DNA of 64,000 nt, from positions 248,001 to 312,000 of the forward strand of contig JAVKOQ020000012.1 of assembly GCA_031835245.2 (NCBI GenBank). The letters run 5' to 3'. Both the position numbers and the translations under genes were made by a program. Under the pieces are notes generated by a model. The model worked only from the letters and a program-made list of their open reading frames with translations. It was not told the DNA's origin and did not search any database. Shown here in pieces: positions 24,313 to 36,085 of this stretch (the stretch's first letter is position 1; every line of letters starts with the position of its first letter). Origin of the DNA: Balamuthia mandrillaris (taxonomy: Eukaryota).

Positions 24313-25259
24313 AGATGGAGAGAGATGGAGAGAGAAAAGTAAAGGTTACCAAGTTGGATTTGTTTGAGGTCTTGGGCGAGGCGATAGATGTTGGGCACGA
24401 CGCCGCTGGTAGAGACGGTAATCTTGGATTTGCCTATTTGACATCCACGCGGCTCAGAAAGTATCTTAATGGCTTTAACAACATTCCTGTAATTATAGAG
24501 AGGTTCTCCTTGTCCCTTTTGTTTTTTTTTTTTTTTTTGAGTAAGTTTGAAAACCTAAGAAGAGAGCGGAGAAGAGAGCAATGGGAAAGGAGGGAGAAGA
24601 GAGAAGAGAGCGGAGAGGGGGGTATTGGGAAAAGAGGAGAGAAGAGAAAGAAAAGAGGGAGAAGAGAGAGAACCATGAAGACAACATTGGAAACCAACTT
24701 GCGGCTGGAGAGAGGAAATTCGCCCATGGCTGCTCTTGCTTGCATTACCTGACCCACTATCTCCCACGTCTTCAAGTTCCTTTCCTTTATACTCACACAA
24801 AAACAGTCAAAACCAACAAAAGAGAACACAGGAGAGATGACGCTGAGGAAAAAGTAGGCACGGAAATACGAACCACCGGTTGTGTTCCAGTGTGACAGAA
24901 GCTGCAGCCAACAGTGCAGCCAACCTGCGATGACACGCAGAGAGTGCCTCTTGATGTCTCCGGAATGAACACCGCTGCGGTTTTTGTCAATGCGAAGAGC
25001 CACAAAGAACAGCACAAAACGAACAATGAAGAATGATGAAGAAAAGAGGAAAAGAAGAGAAGAAGTTCGAACGTAGACGAAAGAAGCAAAGAAGAATGAG
25101 AGAAGTGCATTACATTCAACGGCAGAGCCTTTGCTAAAGTTCATCAACCATTTGCGGGTGCCATCTTCGGAGATGGTATCAACAGCGGCAGTGCCATAGT
25201 CCACAACGTAGCGCTCCTCCAACTGCGCTTTCATCGCCTTGCCAAGAAGAAAGAGTTGC

Positions 25260-25293
<34 letters not shown>

Positions 25294-25692
25294 AGCATAG
25301 AACACCTTTGGAAGAAGAAGCATCTTGGAAAAGGATTTGACGCCATCGCGATAAATGTAAGAGTAGAGTTGGCAAGAGCGCCATTCATCCCACTCCAACG
25401 TCGCCATCTCCTCCGTCATCTCTTCAAGCCCGAGTCCCACCAAGTTCTTCTTCCCTCCAAAACTGTTGCTGTCTTCCAAGCCAAGCATCGAACGAACTTC
25501 CTGCTGAGTGCCCCACCGCAATAGTTTGCTTTCACTTCCGTTTTTTTCCTCAACGCTCCCGTAGAAAGCTGATTCTGATGCAGACGAAGAAGAAGAAAAA
25601 GAGCGGAAAAGAGCAGAGCTATGCAGGTGACCTGAGGAGAGGCTACCAGTCCGGGGGTTGGTTGTGAAAAGCTTGAACAGGCGACGACTCAT
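23527..25692 (-). CDS. rlmN: RlmN-type radical SAM RNA methyltransferase, probably mitochondrial
   Basis: [72 protein letters not shown]. Arg/Ser-rich presequence-like N-terminus; alternative ATG at 25734. Confidence 0.95.
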
Positions 25693-26186
25693 GCCTGGCC
25701 GCAAACAACAACTTCTTGTGCTGGCCTCTTTCATCTCGGTTGTTTCTTCTTCGCTCTCCTCTTCTCTCCTCTCCTCTCTCGCGTCCTAGTTCTCCTGCTG
25801 CTGAATGTTAACCACTAACCCTAACCTTGCCTGCCCAGAAGTTGTTTGTGCGCAAGAATGTTCGAGGCCTTCGCACATCAACGGAAGGAAAAGCAAAACA
25901 ACACTCCAACGAACACCACAAAGAAATGTGAGCCTGGCCGCCACGGTGCAGCATCACATTACTCACATGCTAGCTAGGCAGCCACAAGGAGCTGGATAAG
26001 CGATGATGCAAGAAGTAACCAAGTCCAAAAGAACAATAAAGCATCGAAAAGGTGCAACGACGTGGAAGTAGAGAAGGAGAGAAGAATAGACAAGAGAGCA
26101 AGAGCAGGAGAGAAGATATTGACAGAGCATGATTTGGTGCAGCAAAGAGAGGTTATATTGTACGGAGGGAGTCTGTACGCAAATGC

Positions 26187-26663
26187 TTAAGACCTCTCCT
26201 CAGTCCTCAACTTGGCATTGGGGTTGGTGACCTTGATGTCAAGCTGGGCAGCCCTTTCAAGGATTTCCTTTCTCTTCTTGGAGGAGACGGAGCTAGCAAT
26301 CTCAGCAGCATAGGTGCGGTTGTGCATGAGAAGGACTTCGAGGTCCTTGACGTTGAAAACGCGGAACTTGTGGAAGCCGCTGGGGAGCAGATGTCTGGTC
26401 TTTTTGTTGGATCCGTAGCCAATCTTGGGCATGCGGATAGTTCCACGGAACCTTCTCCTTACTTTGTTGTCAATACCTCTGGGCTTCCTCCATGACTCCT
26501 GTTATTGCAAAAAGGTGAGGATAGGAAAGGGAGAGAAACGCGATGGTTGTTGAAGAGGGACGCAGCAACGAACCTTGACTCGGTGGAAGCGGTCAGATTG
26601 GAACCTCTTCACCTTGTGGATCCTCTTCTTCACGATATTAGGCTTGCTGAGTGGCTGCACCAT
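26187..26663 (-). CDS. RPL32: 60S ribosomal protein L32 (eL32)
   Basis: IVKKR...[37 protein letters not shown]; one intron. Confidence 0.99.
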
Positions 26664-27077
26664 CTTCAAAATCAAGATTGCGAGGTTGATGATCAACAAA
26701 CGCTCCAAGGACAAAACAAAAACCTCCTCCAAAGGCAGGGGGGGGGGGAGGAAGAGCAAAGGGAGGTTGCCGACTACTGTACCTTGTTCTGCTAGGTCCT
26801 ATGTCTCCCTCTACGGCCTTGCGTTTCGATAGACTGCGGAATATGGGCTGAAGGGGAAGGGGGAAAAGAAAGAAACGATGAAGATGAGCAGATCAGTCCC
26901 ACACGGAGTTCGGTTTCTAAAACTCCGAATCAATCACCCCTCAGAACTAATGCTTGAGGAGTATTTGTGAAGTTGAAAAAGTGGCGAAGAAGAGAAAGGC
27001 AAAGGAGAGAGAGAGGAGAGAAGCAGCCTCGTTCGTCTCGTTGATTCGACCGAACCTCACCCAAACAAAAAAAAGAA

Positions 27078-29440
27078 ATGGCTTTGGTGTCGACGGGCTT
27101 TACGGTGGGTTCGGCGAACCGAGCCGCTGGATCGGTGCTCGTCCCTGCTGGCCAAGACAGCATTTCCTTAGAAAAACGAAGTACGTGACTTTCTCCTCTC
27201 TCTTTACCTTCTCTTTACCTTCTCTAAACGACTTTTCTTTAGACATCATCGACAAAACAGCTGACTACGTGGCTCGCAACGGCCCCGCCTTTGAACACAA
27301 AATCTTCATCAATGAACGAGACAACCCCACTTTTAGCTTCTTGAATCCTGCAGATCCCCTCCACAGCTACTACAAGCAACGCATTCGAGAGTTGAAGGGC
27401 ATTGGCGTGGGAGCTTCTGCGGAGGACAACCAACTGCCCATCTCAGCCCCCAAAGCGGTCGTTGCCAAGAAGACACTGGAGACTAAAGAGGCGGAGCCCG
27501 TGCAACTGAAACCACCCGAGCCAGAGCAGTGGATCCTTGACCTTCCTCCTATCAGCCCACTCGAACTGTACGATTATTTTTTGTGACTTGCGTTATTGTA
27601 GTGTTTTGTGTAGACGTTATATGTCAGGAGGCTAACAAACGGAACGACAACAACTAATAGGGACATTATCAAACTGGTGGCTCAGTTCGTGGCCAGGAAT
27701 GGACAGGAGTTTCATATCGGCCTCGTGAACAGAGAACAGAGAAACCAACAGTTTGACTTTTTGCGGCCGGGTCATTCCCTTCATCGTTTCTATCAAACGT
27801 TGGTGGACCACTACAAAGCAGTGATACTGCCTAAGAAGGACTTGAAGGAGAAACTCGCTCAGTACAAGGACAAATGGGGAATGTTAGAGAAGCTGAACGA
27901 TCGGACGGCGTGGGAGAGAGCTCAAAAGAAAAATAAGGAGGCGGACGAAGAAAGTAATAAGGAACGAGAGGAAACGCTGCTGATCGATTGGCAGGACTTT
28001 GTCGTGGTGGAGACCATCGTATTCGAGGAAGAGGAGAGCGCACCAGAAGCGCTTGGTGCTGCTGGACCTTCTGCTGCTGCGGCAGCACCTTTGGAAGAAG
28101 GTGCCCCCTCCGTGGCCGCCCAAAGCAAGCGAGCTGCCGATGAGGACATGGAACTTGAAATGGAGGTAGAAATGGATATGGGCGGTATCGATGATGACGA
28201 GGAAGAGGAGATAAGGGTTGTTAAGAACGAGGACTTGGCTCGCATGGAGCGAGAACGGCAGGCCGCAGCAGCTGCCAATAGAGGCATCAAGTACTCCATC
28301 TGTCCCAAGTGTGGTCAGGAGATTCCCATCGAGGAGATGGAGGAGCACATGAAGATCGAGCTGCTGGACCCGGAGGCCCGAAGGAAGCGGTTAGAATTGA
28401 TGGCACGGCGGAGAGAAAGCACCCTGGCCGACGCTCGGCAGATTGAACAGAACTTGAAGAAACTGGCCTCTCGTCGTACGGATATCTTCGGAGAGGAGGA
28501 AGTGGAAATCGGTCAGGCGGTCGGCGAAGATCGGAAGAACATGCCAGAGAAGGTCATTTGGGACGGTCATACCGGAAGTATCGCCATGACGGCCAGCGCC
28601 ATCATGTCCAACACCGACCTGCTCAAGCGCAAACGGGAGGAGCGCGACGAACAGCCTGTCATTGGCGCCACTCTTCCCGCTCAGCAAGGCATTGCCGCCT
28701 CCACCACTTCCTCTTCTACCACTTCCGTTTCTTCCACCACCTCTTCTGTTTCCACAACAACAACGGCGCCTCCTCGCTCAGGAGATGGATTGTTGGCCAC
28801 ACCTGCAGCTCCTCCCATGCACATGCATCCCATGCGCGCTGCTGCCCTCCTTCAACCACCTCCTGGAGCTGCTCCAGGCGGCTTTGGCCTTCCCCCTCCA
28901 GGCTACGCTCATCCCATGATGGCACCACCTCCCTACGGTGTCCCTCCTCCTATGCATCCTGGCGCTCCTTATCCTTCTTCTCTTCCTCCTGCTGCTTCTG
29001 GCACCTTCGCTGCCCCTCCTACCTCATCACCAACTGAAGAACAAGAACCAGACATCAAACGTCAACGAACTGTTGGAACTGGTGTTGACTCCAACAAGAA
29101 AGAACTTCTCTCCGAAGAGGAGTTCATCGCGCAACAAGGCAGCGAGAATGTGAGCGTGACGGTGATGGTCCCTCCCAAGGACACCCCCGCCAGCCAGCCC
29201 GAATGGGGCTTTGACGGCCAGACCTTACACCTGGACATGAGCCTGCGGGCCACCTTCAAGGACCTCAAGGCCAAGATCCAGGAGGAGCTCGGCGGCATGC
29301 CGCCCGCCAAGCAAAAGTTGGAGCTCAAGGGGGTGGGCTTCCCCAAGGACAACCTCTCGCTGGCCTACTACAACATCACGCCAGAGGTGGAGGTGCACCT
29401 TGGCGTGAAGGCACGTGGGCGTGGCGGCGGCAAGAAGTGA
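27078..29440 (+). CDS. SF3A1: Splicing factor 3A subunit 1 (Prp21/SAP114)
   Basis: Two SURP domains (IIDKTADYVARNG, IIKLVAQFVARNG), IDWQDFVVVETI, EHMKIELLDP, RRTDIFG, VIWDGH, C-terminal ubiquitin-like domain (SLAYYN...RGRGGGKK). Confidence 0.97.
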
Positions 29441-29682
29441 GGCCTCTTCTATTTCATTTTTGTGTATGCTTTTTATTTTGTTTCCATTTTTAATTTTTAA
29501 AATAATTTTTAATAAAAATAAAATAAAATAAAAATAAATGAGTGACGTAAGCTTAATGAGATCATCTATGATGATCCAATAAATTGTTTTGATTTTTGAT
29601 TGGAGGGGCAATTTAGCTCCATTTATTCATTGGGGAAAAGCCAAAAAAAAAAAAACCGGAGTAGCAAGAGAGGAGAGGGAAG

Positions 29683-32600
29683 ATGGAAGTGAGAAGGCTG
29701 ACGGTAGCGGGGGTGACCTTCACCTCCTGCATGCCCTCCTGGGAGCTCTTGTCCTCCGCGTTGAGGGGCTCAGAGCAACAGGAGGTCGCGAAGCAAGAAC
29801 AGGCAAACGAAAAAGAAGAAGAGCAGCAGCAGTTCGATCCCGTCTTGGCCCTTTGGTTCTCCTACATTTGCAGCCTGGCCTACGAAGAGGAGGACACCAT
29901 CAAAACAGTGGTCACCGAAGTTTGGGGTACTGCTACCTTCTTATTCATTCATACGCCAATCTTTGGTTTGTCGCTCACTCCACAGGAAAAAAACAAAGGC
30001 TGGGAAGGATTTCGCTTTTTGTATGATGAGGAAACGGACACGCAAGGCTACTTGATGTGGAATGAGGCGCAGCTGGTGTTGGCCTTCCGTGGTAGTGAGA
30101 GTATTCAAGACTGGCTCACCAACTTCCACTTTGGCACTGTAATTGCGCTTCTCTGCTTCTCTCTTCACAAAATCTCATCGCCGTTCATCATTGTAGGTCG
30201 AGTCTTTTGTGGAGGCATTGAAGGAAGGTGAGGACGAAATAGAAGTGCACGAAGGTTTCACTCAAGCGTTATCCTCTGTTTGGGGTCCTGCCGAAGAGCT
30301 CATTCTTCAACTTCGCAGCGAGCGACCCTCCCTCCGCTTTTACATTACTGGGCACTCTCTTGGTGGGTACGTAGTCTACAGCCCAGCTGCTGCCTTCTTT
30401 TCAAATGCTTGCTTTTTTTTTTCTAACTCTTCATTTGTGATGACTCTTGTTGTAGGGCATTGGCAAGCTTGGCCTTTTGCAGATGCATTTTGCGTGCAGA
30501 GCCCATCCACGTCGATGGTACTTCTTTGTTCTTCTCCTCGTCCTTCGTATGGTTCCTGTTCTTGGTGGGTTGACTGCTGGATTTTTATTTTGTTTTATAA
30601 AGGGACGTATACATTTGGCCAACCAGTAGTTGGCAACAAGGCATTAAAAATGGCGATCAAGGCTAGGACTCAACAGCCAGAAAAGCGTGGTACCACACTA
30701 TTTCGATTCGTTAACAACAACGACATCGTGCCCTTCTTGCCGTGCTCACCACCATACAAGCATTATGGCACGTCCATCTATATTAGCACCTCTGGCGAGT
30801 TTATACATGTTTGTTCTCCTTTCCTCTTTTCGTTTCTTTCTTTTCCATACATACGCTCATTTTGATTATCTGGGATTCACTTGATTGTCAGAAACCGGAG
30901 TTCTTGAAAAAGGCAATTGATAGAGTGCAGGGATGGGGCGGCTCGTTGTTCTTTCATCGGCACTTTGACTCTTGGGCTGACCACTCCATCTCCAAAGGCT
31001 ATCTTCCATGGATTAAGACTCTCTTTACTCAGCGCTATCCTGGTATCTCCCCTTTCGCGCCGGCTCTCTCTCTCTCTCTCCTTTTCTTCTGGTCTTCATT
31101 CTTACTAAACCCTGATTGTTGTATTATAGAGATAGCAACATTACTTGTGAAGGACGAAGAAGAGGAGGATGTAGCAAAGATGAAGAAAATGAAAGAAAAA
31201 CAAAGGCAAAAACAAAAAAGAAAAAAGAAGAGAAGTCCTCAAGTTGTTCAAACACCAGAGCCTAAGTTTGTGTCCCGGAAGCAAAAGGAAGAAAAACGGA
31301 AGAAGCGCACAAAGAAACGCGAAGGCTACAAGACCAATTTCCTTGCTGCTTTAATATCCTTTCTGATTTTTCTTTGTCTACCTCCTCTCTTCTCTCATTT
31401 CTCCTCTCTCATCTCTCCTTGTAATCATTATTATTACTTTAACCACAATGTGAACTATAAGAAGAGACTATGGGAGATGGTGGGAGGCAAAAAGAAAAAT
31501 GCGACCATGTTGCAGGAGTTTCGAGAGGAATGGCACAAGGACGGAGGTAAAGCCAAAGGTTTTCTCGACCTGGACGACTTTCGACGAGCATCAAACCCAG
31601 ATAAAGAGACTTCGGCGTTAAACCACCGCAGCGTGGAGAGAGTGTTTCAGATGTTCGCATCAGTGCCGCTCGACTGGGATAAAACAAACGACCTGCAGCA
31701 AGTGTTAGAGAAAGGAAGGCTCTTTCGAAAGGACTATGATAGAGCGAGTCTCTTTGTGACGATTATTCTCTCTACGTTTGCTGCTGTAAGATATTTCATC
31801 TCTTGACACACCTGCTTCTTGGAGACAACATTCTCACATTCTCGCTTTCTCTTATTCCTGGTTTGGAAAAACAGGTGGATACGGACCACAACGGTGCCAT
31901 TAGCAAAGAGGAGTTCATTGGAGCATGGGAAGCTCTGATGCCGCTATTGGGAGTGCTGCCAGCACCTTATCTTCCCTCCGAGGAAGCTCTGCGACAGTAC
32001 TTTGATGCCATCGTCATCGCTGATACAAACAGCGAAAAGGAGAAGGAAATTGCCTCTAGCATAGCCTTCTTTCAACATTTCGCAACGCTGTGTTTGTTGC
32101 TTCCGTTGTTCTTTGAAGCTGATCGCAGTGCGTTTTCTTCTCCGCGTTCATTCTTCTTGTTCTTGTTCTTGTTACTTTTCTTCTTGTTCTTCTTCTTCCT
32201 CCTCCTCCTCCTCCTCCTCTTCTTCTTCTTCTTCTTCTTCTTCTTCTTCTTCTTCTTCTTCTTCTTCTTCTTCTTCTTCTTCTTCCTCCTCCTCCTCCTC
32301 CTCCTCCTCCCTCCTCCTCCCCTCCTCCTCCTCCTCCTCCTCCCTCCTCCTCCTCCTCCTCCTCCTCCCTCCTCCTCCTCCTCCTCCTCTCTCTCTCTCC
32401 TCCTCCCTCCTCCTCCTCCTCCTCCTCCTCTCCTCCTCCTCCTCCTCCTCCTCTCCTCCTCTTGTTCTTCTTCTTCTGCTTCTTCTTCTTCTTCTTCTTG
32501 TGTGTTCGTCCTGTAATTCTTTTGTAACCTTGTCCTCTTTGTTAGACATGGATGGAGAGACAGACGTGGAAGAGTTGGTGGCCTGTCTACGCGCCTCTTT

Positions 32601-32784
32601 CAGCAGCACACCTGCCTTCTCCCTCTCTGAGGAGGAGTTACGCTCCCGCATAGCCGCCGTCGCTCACCCTTCACAACCGGAGGGCGAAGAGAAGGGCGAA
32701 TCCTCTTCTTCCTCTTCTCTCCCGTTGGTGGTTTCTGTGGATGCCTTCCTCAACCTCATCGCCACCATTCCCTTCTTCCTCTAA
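29683..32784 (+). CDS. Class 3 lipase with C-terminal EF-hands
   Basis: LAFRGSE..DW.TN, VHEGF, ITGHSLGG, YTFGQPVVGN, RFVNNNDIVP, DHSI; then EF-hand loops DTDHNGAISKEE and DRNMDGETDVEE after splicing. Confidence 0.82.
32150..32500. repeat. (CTT)n/(CCT)n compound microsatellite in an intron
   Basis: Direct observation. Confidence 0.95.
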
Positions 32785-32851
32785 AGCATTCTTCAGATCC
32801 TTTTCGTCTCAAGTTTTAAAAACACACAACAAAAGCATTGCTTGCAAAGCC

Positions 32852-33430
32852 TTACAAGGCAACAACGTGCCACTCTTTAACCTTCCAGCTGCTGACGATG
32901 CCGTTCCGAACGTAAGGGTCGGCGCGAGCAAAGGCCTCGGCCGCCTGCATGGAGGGTGCGTTGAGGATGATGGCGGCGCCGCTGAGGTCGTGCCAAGCGC
33001 CGCCCATCAGGAAGAGGCCTTTGTCCGCCGCCTCCTTGGCGTAGCGCAGGTGGGCTGCTCTGTGCAGGGGTCGTTTGGTTGCGGCGTCGGCCACGTACTC
33101 GTAGAACAAGATGAACTGTGTCTTGAGCTCTTTTTTTTTTTTTTTTTTTATTTTTTGATTAGAACGTGAAAAGATAAGAAATGATGAGAGAGAGAACGAA
33201 AGAAAGAAGTTACTCGGTTGGGGTTCTGATGAGGGGGGTTGTGAAGATGAGGACGAGGTGGAGGTGCTTTGTTTGCGCTGCTGGAGAGATGGGTGAGCGG
33301 CCATGCGGTTGAGCCGAGAACCAACAAAGAGAGGAGAGTGTGCTCCCCCTCTCAAAGAGGAGGTAGCCCGAAGGTTCGCTGCAGACTTTGCCGTTGGAGG
33401 ACGGATCAACCTGGCCCCGAACCTTTTCAT
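32852..33430 (-). CDS. YCII/YciI-family protein with mitochondrial-presequence-like N-terminus
   Basis: KRPLHRAAHL..., LMGGAW, AEAFARADPYVRNGIVSSWKVKEW; one intron. Confidence 0.9.
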   Translation of the reverse strand: MKRFGARLIRPPTAKSAANLRATSSLRGGAHSPLFVGSRLNRMAAHPSLQQRKQSTSTSSSSSQPPSSEPQPSNFFLSFSLSSFLIFSRSNQKIKKKKKKELKTQFILFYEYVADAATKRPLHRAAHLRYAKEAADKGLFLMGGAWHDLSGAAIILNAPSMQAAEAFARADPYVRNGIVSSWKVKEWHVVAL

Positions 33431-33488
33431 CTTTTCTTTTTTAATTCTTTCTTTTACAAATAATTATTTATCGACCACCCTACGCAAG

Positions 33489-34557
33489 CTAGCTTTGTTC
33501 TGCTGTTGCTGCGAGTTGAGAGCGGTTCTTTCGATGGGGAGTGAGGTATCCTTTGAGCCGTGCCTGTTGATGCGCTGCAGAACTGCCTTCCAACTTTCCT
33601 CCCATCCCTTTTTGTTGTTGTTGTTGTTGTTTAGCGTTATAAGAGGGGTTCATGTCGCGGTGAGAAGATGAAGACGAACCTTCCCACATGCGAAGCTGCT
33701 CTTCAAACTTGGAGCTGATGCAGGGTCGTTTCTGTCGGACCAAGTTCTTTGCTGCGTTGAAGGACATGCACGAGGAGGAGGTCATGAGGTAGGCTATCAC
33801 GAAGGAGGCGCTGCGAGAGATGCCGCTGGCGCAGTGCACCAACACCCCTCCGCCCTGCTGCCGAGCCTCCTCGATGAAGCCTGTGGCTTCCGGGAGCAAA
33901 GGCAAGATGGGCCATGCCGATATGTCGGCTATGTAGAACGTCTTGTAGCGAAGATCCTGTTGTATCATTATTCGTAGTGGAGCCATCAGCAAGGTGAAGC
34001 TGAGAAGAAGAAGAAGAAGAAGAAGAAGAAGAACGAGAAGAAGAAGAAGAAGAAGAAGAAGAAGAAGAAGAAGAAGAAGAAGAAGAACAAGAAGAAGAAC
34101 AAGAAGAACAAGAAGAAGAAGAATAAGAACAAGAAGAAGAAGAAGTATAAGAAGAAGGAGGAAGGAGAAGAGGAGGAAGAGGAAGAAGAACGGACTTGCC
34201 TGAGGGTATCGCTCCGGTTGGAAGCCAGCTATCATGGCGGGGACAAGCACGTGTGTAATGCCGCAGCGTTGCAGCTCTTCCAATGGAACTGCATGCCAGT
34301 TTCGGTCATTTGGTTTTGTACGTTAACAAACAGGAAGAAAGAAGAAGAAAAAGAAGAAGAAGAAGAAGAAGAAGAAGAAGAAGAAGAAGAAGAACGAGAA
34401 CAACAACAAGCAAAAGACAAAGACGGACGAAACCGGAGCGAACAACGTTACCCATGGCAGCCTCCATGCTGCCAAGCCATAGCCCTTCTATGATCTCGTT
34501 GGCGTGGTCCGTTAGGCGGCCGGTCTTCCCTGGTGGGATGTCCACTTCCGGTTCCAT
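33489..34557 (-). CDS. Dual-specificity protein phosphatase
   Basis: NEIIEGLWLGS, GITHVL, ADISAW, VLVHCASGISRSASFVIAYLM, VRQKRPCI; two introns with (CTT)n. Confidence 0.93.
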
Positions 34558-34704
34558 ATTTTTTTTTGGTTTGTTCACCTTTGTCGCGTTCTGGTTGTCG
34601 CGGCTTGGACGAGAGGGCCATTCAGTTTGTGGTGGCGCTGGATACAGGGAGCGATGAGCACGTTTTCCCTGAGCAGTATGTACATACATTCCGAGAAAAA
34701 AAAA

Positions 34705-35037
34705 GTGTTTGTTGTCGAGCAGGCGGAGGGGGTTGAGGGAGCCCCACCGTTACAACCAACAACACATACCCATGGCGTGATAGGAGCAAAGCCCGCGTCC
34801 GGACGGCTAATACTCTCAACGAATAGCTAAAGTGCGAACTGCTTGTCTTGGTCCCATGGTCGGGGTTGGCGGACCGGGCCAGCGGGGTCCCGAAGGAAGG
34901 GGTCCTCCTCCTGCGGGAAGGCAAGGGGGGAGCTTCGCGAGGAGCATCATCGCCTCACGCCGACATGGAAATGGTTATCCCTCCTGAGGGGTGCCCAAAC
35001 TTGTGCTTGGCGGAGTACCCCCAAGGGGAAGAGACAC
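34705..35037. ncRNA. Candidate structured ncRNA of about 330 nt (family unresolved)
   Basis: GC-rich block between divergent genes. Ends partly complementary (GTGTTT/AGACAC); internal hairpins including C(UUCG)G on the minus strand; flanked by a T9 run on the minus strand at 34696-34704. Confidence 0.3.
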
Positions 35038-35064
35038 TAGCAGGCAGGCAGGCAGAGGCACACC

Positions 35065-35110
35065 ATGGTAAGGGCCTTCCCGGTTCTTTCCCTCCCTCTC
35101 CCTCTCTTCT

Positions 35111-35144
<34 letters not shown>

Positions 35145-35157
35145 TTCCTCTGCCTCT

Positions 35158-35194
<37 letters not shown>

Positions 35195-36015
35195 GCATTA
35201 ACAATATGCAAAAAGGGAAAGCGGAAGAGCGTCCGAACCAAAGCGACAGCGACACGACAGCCGACCATGGCCCCTTCGCTGCACCACCCCCCTCCCGATG
35301 TGATGGAGGAGGTGCACGCGGAAGAGCTCACTAAAAGAGAACAAACACGCAAGGCAGGGCTGGGACTCACAAAGCCTCAAGGCAACATAGGCAAAGCCTC
35401 CAAAAAGAAAGACAAACGGAAACAAAAACGGACCAACTTACTTCAAAGTAACTTCTTGTTCTTCTTCCTTCTTCTCTCCTTCTTTTTTCTTTCTCTATGC
35501 AAACAAAAGAGAGAAACTTACCGTGTTGTTGCTGTGTCATCAAGAACTTCAAGCCACGGAACTGATAAAAGAGAAGGAGAAGAAGGCAGCGCAGGAGCAA
35601 GGAGCTCCGCTCTCCTCTGTCTCTGACCTGCTGAGTGCCCTCATGCAGCGCGAGACAAGCAACAGCAGCGAGCGGCACAAGGCAGACACCACCGCACGCC
35701 TCACCACCCACAAAAAAACCAAGATCATGTACCTCTCTTTCGTCCATCCTCTTTCGTTCTTTCTTCTTTCTTCTTTCGTTCTTTCTTCTTTCTTCTTTCT
35801 TCTTTCTTCTTTCTTCTTTCTTCTTTCTTTGCTTACAAACAAATAAAAACAGGACGTCAGAAGTGGAACAGTTCAAGAATGTGTTAGCACATCCAGCCTT
35901 TCAGCGAGATCCGATGGCTGCCATCAAAGAGCACCTCTCCAACAAAGTAGCCTTCATGAACACCAGCAGTAGACAACAAAACCGCAGTAACAAAGGCAAA
36001 GGAAAGAAGAAGTAA
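35065..36015 (+). CDS. SLX9/FAM207A-like ribosome biogenesis protein
   Basis: ATG|intron|GKRKSVR..., KKKDKRKQKR, EVEQFKNVLAHPAFQRDPMAAIKEHL. Confidence 0.85.
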
Positions 36016-36085
36016 AAGCGATAAATAAACGAAAGAAAGAAAAGACAAAGAGGTTATCGAGTTCGCTTTCAAGCTTTCTTTTATC

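Noticed and set aside
32113..32651. Poly-Ser/Glu/Pro ORFs
   Set aside because: Intronic (CTT)/(CCT) microsatellite in the lipase gene.
34986..35030. TPP riboswitch (GGGGTGC...GAG.TACCC)
   Set aside because: Lacks CTGAGA and the ACCTGAT...GCGNAGG half.
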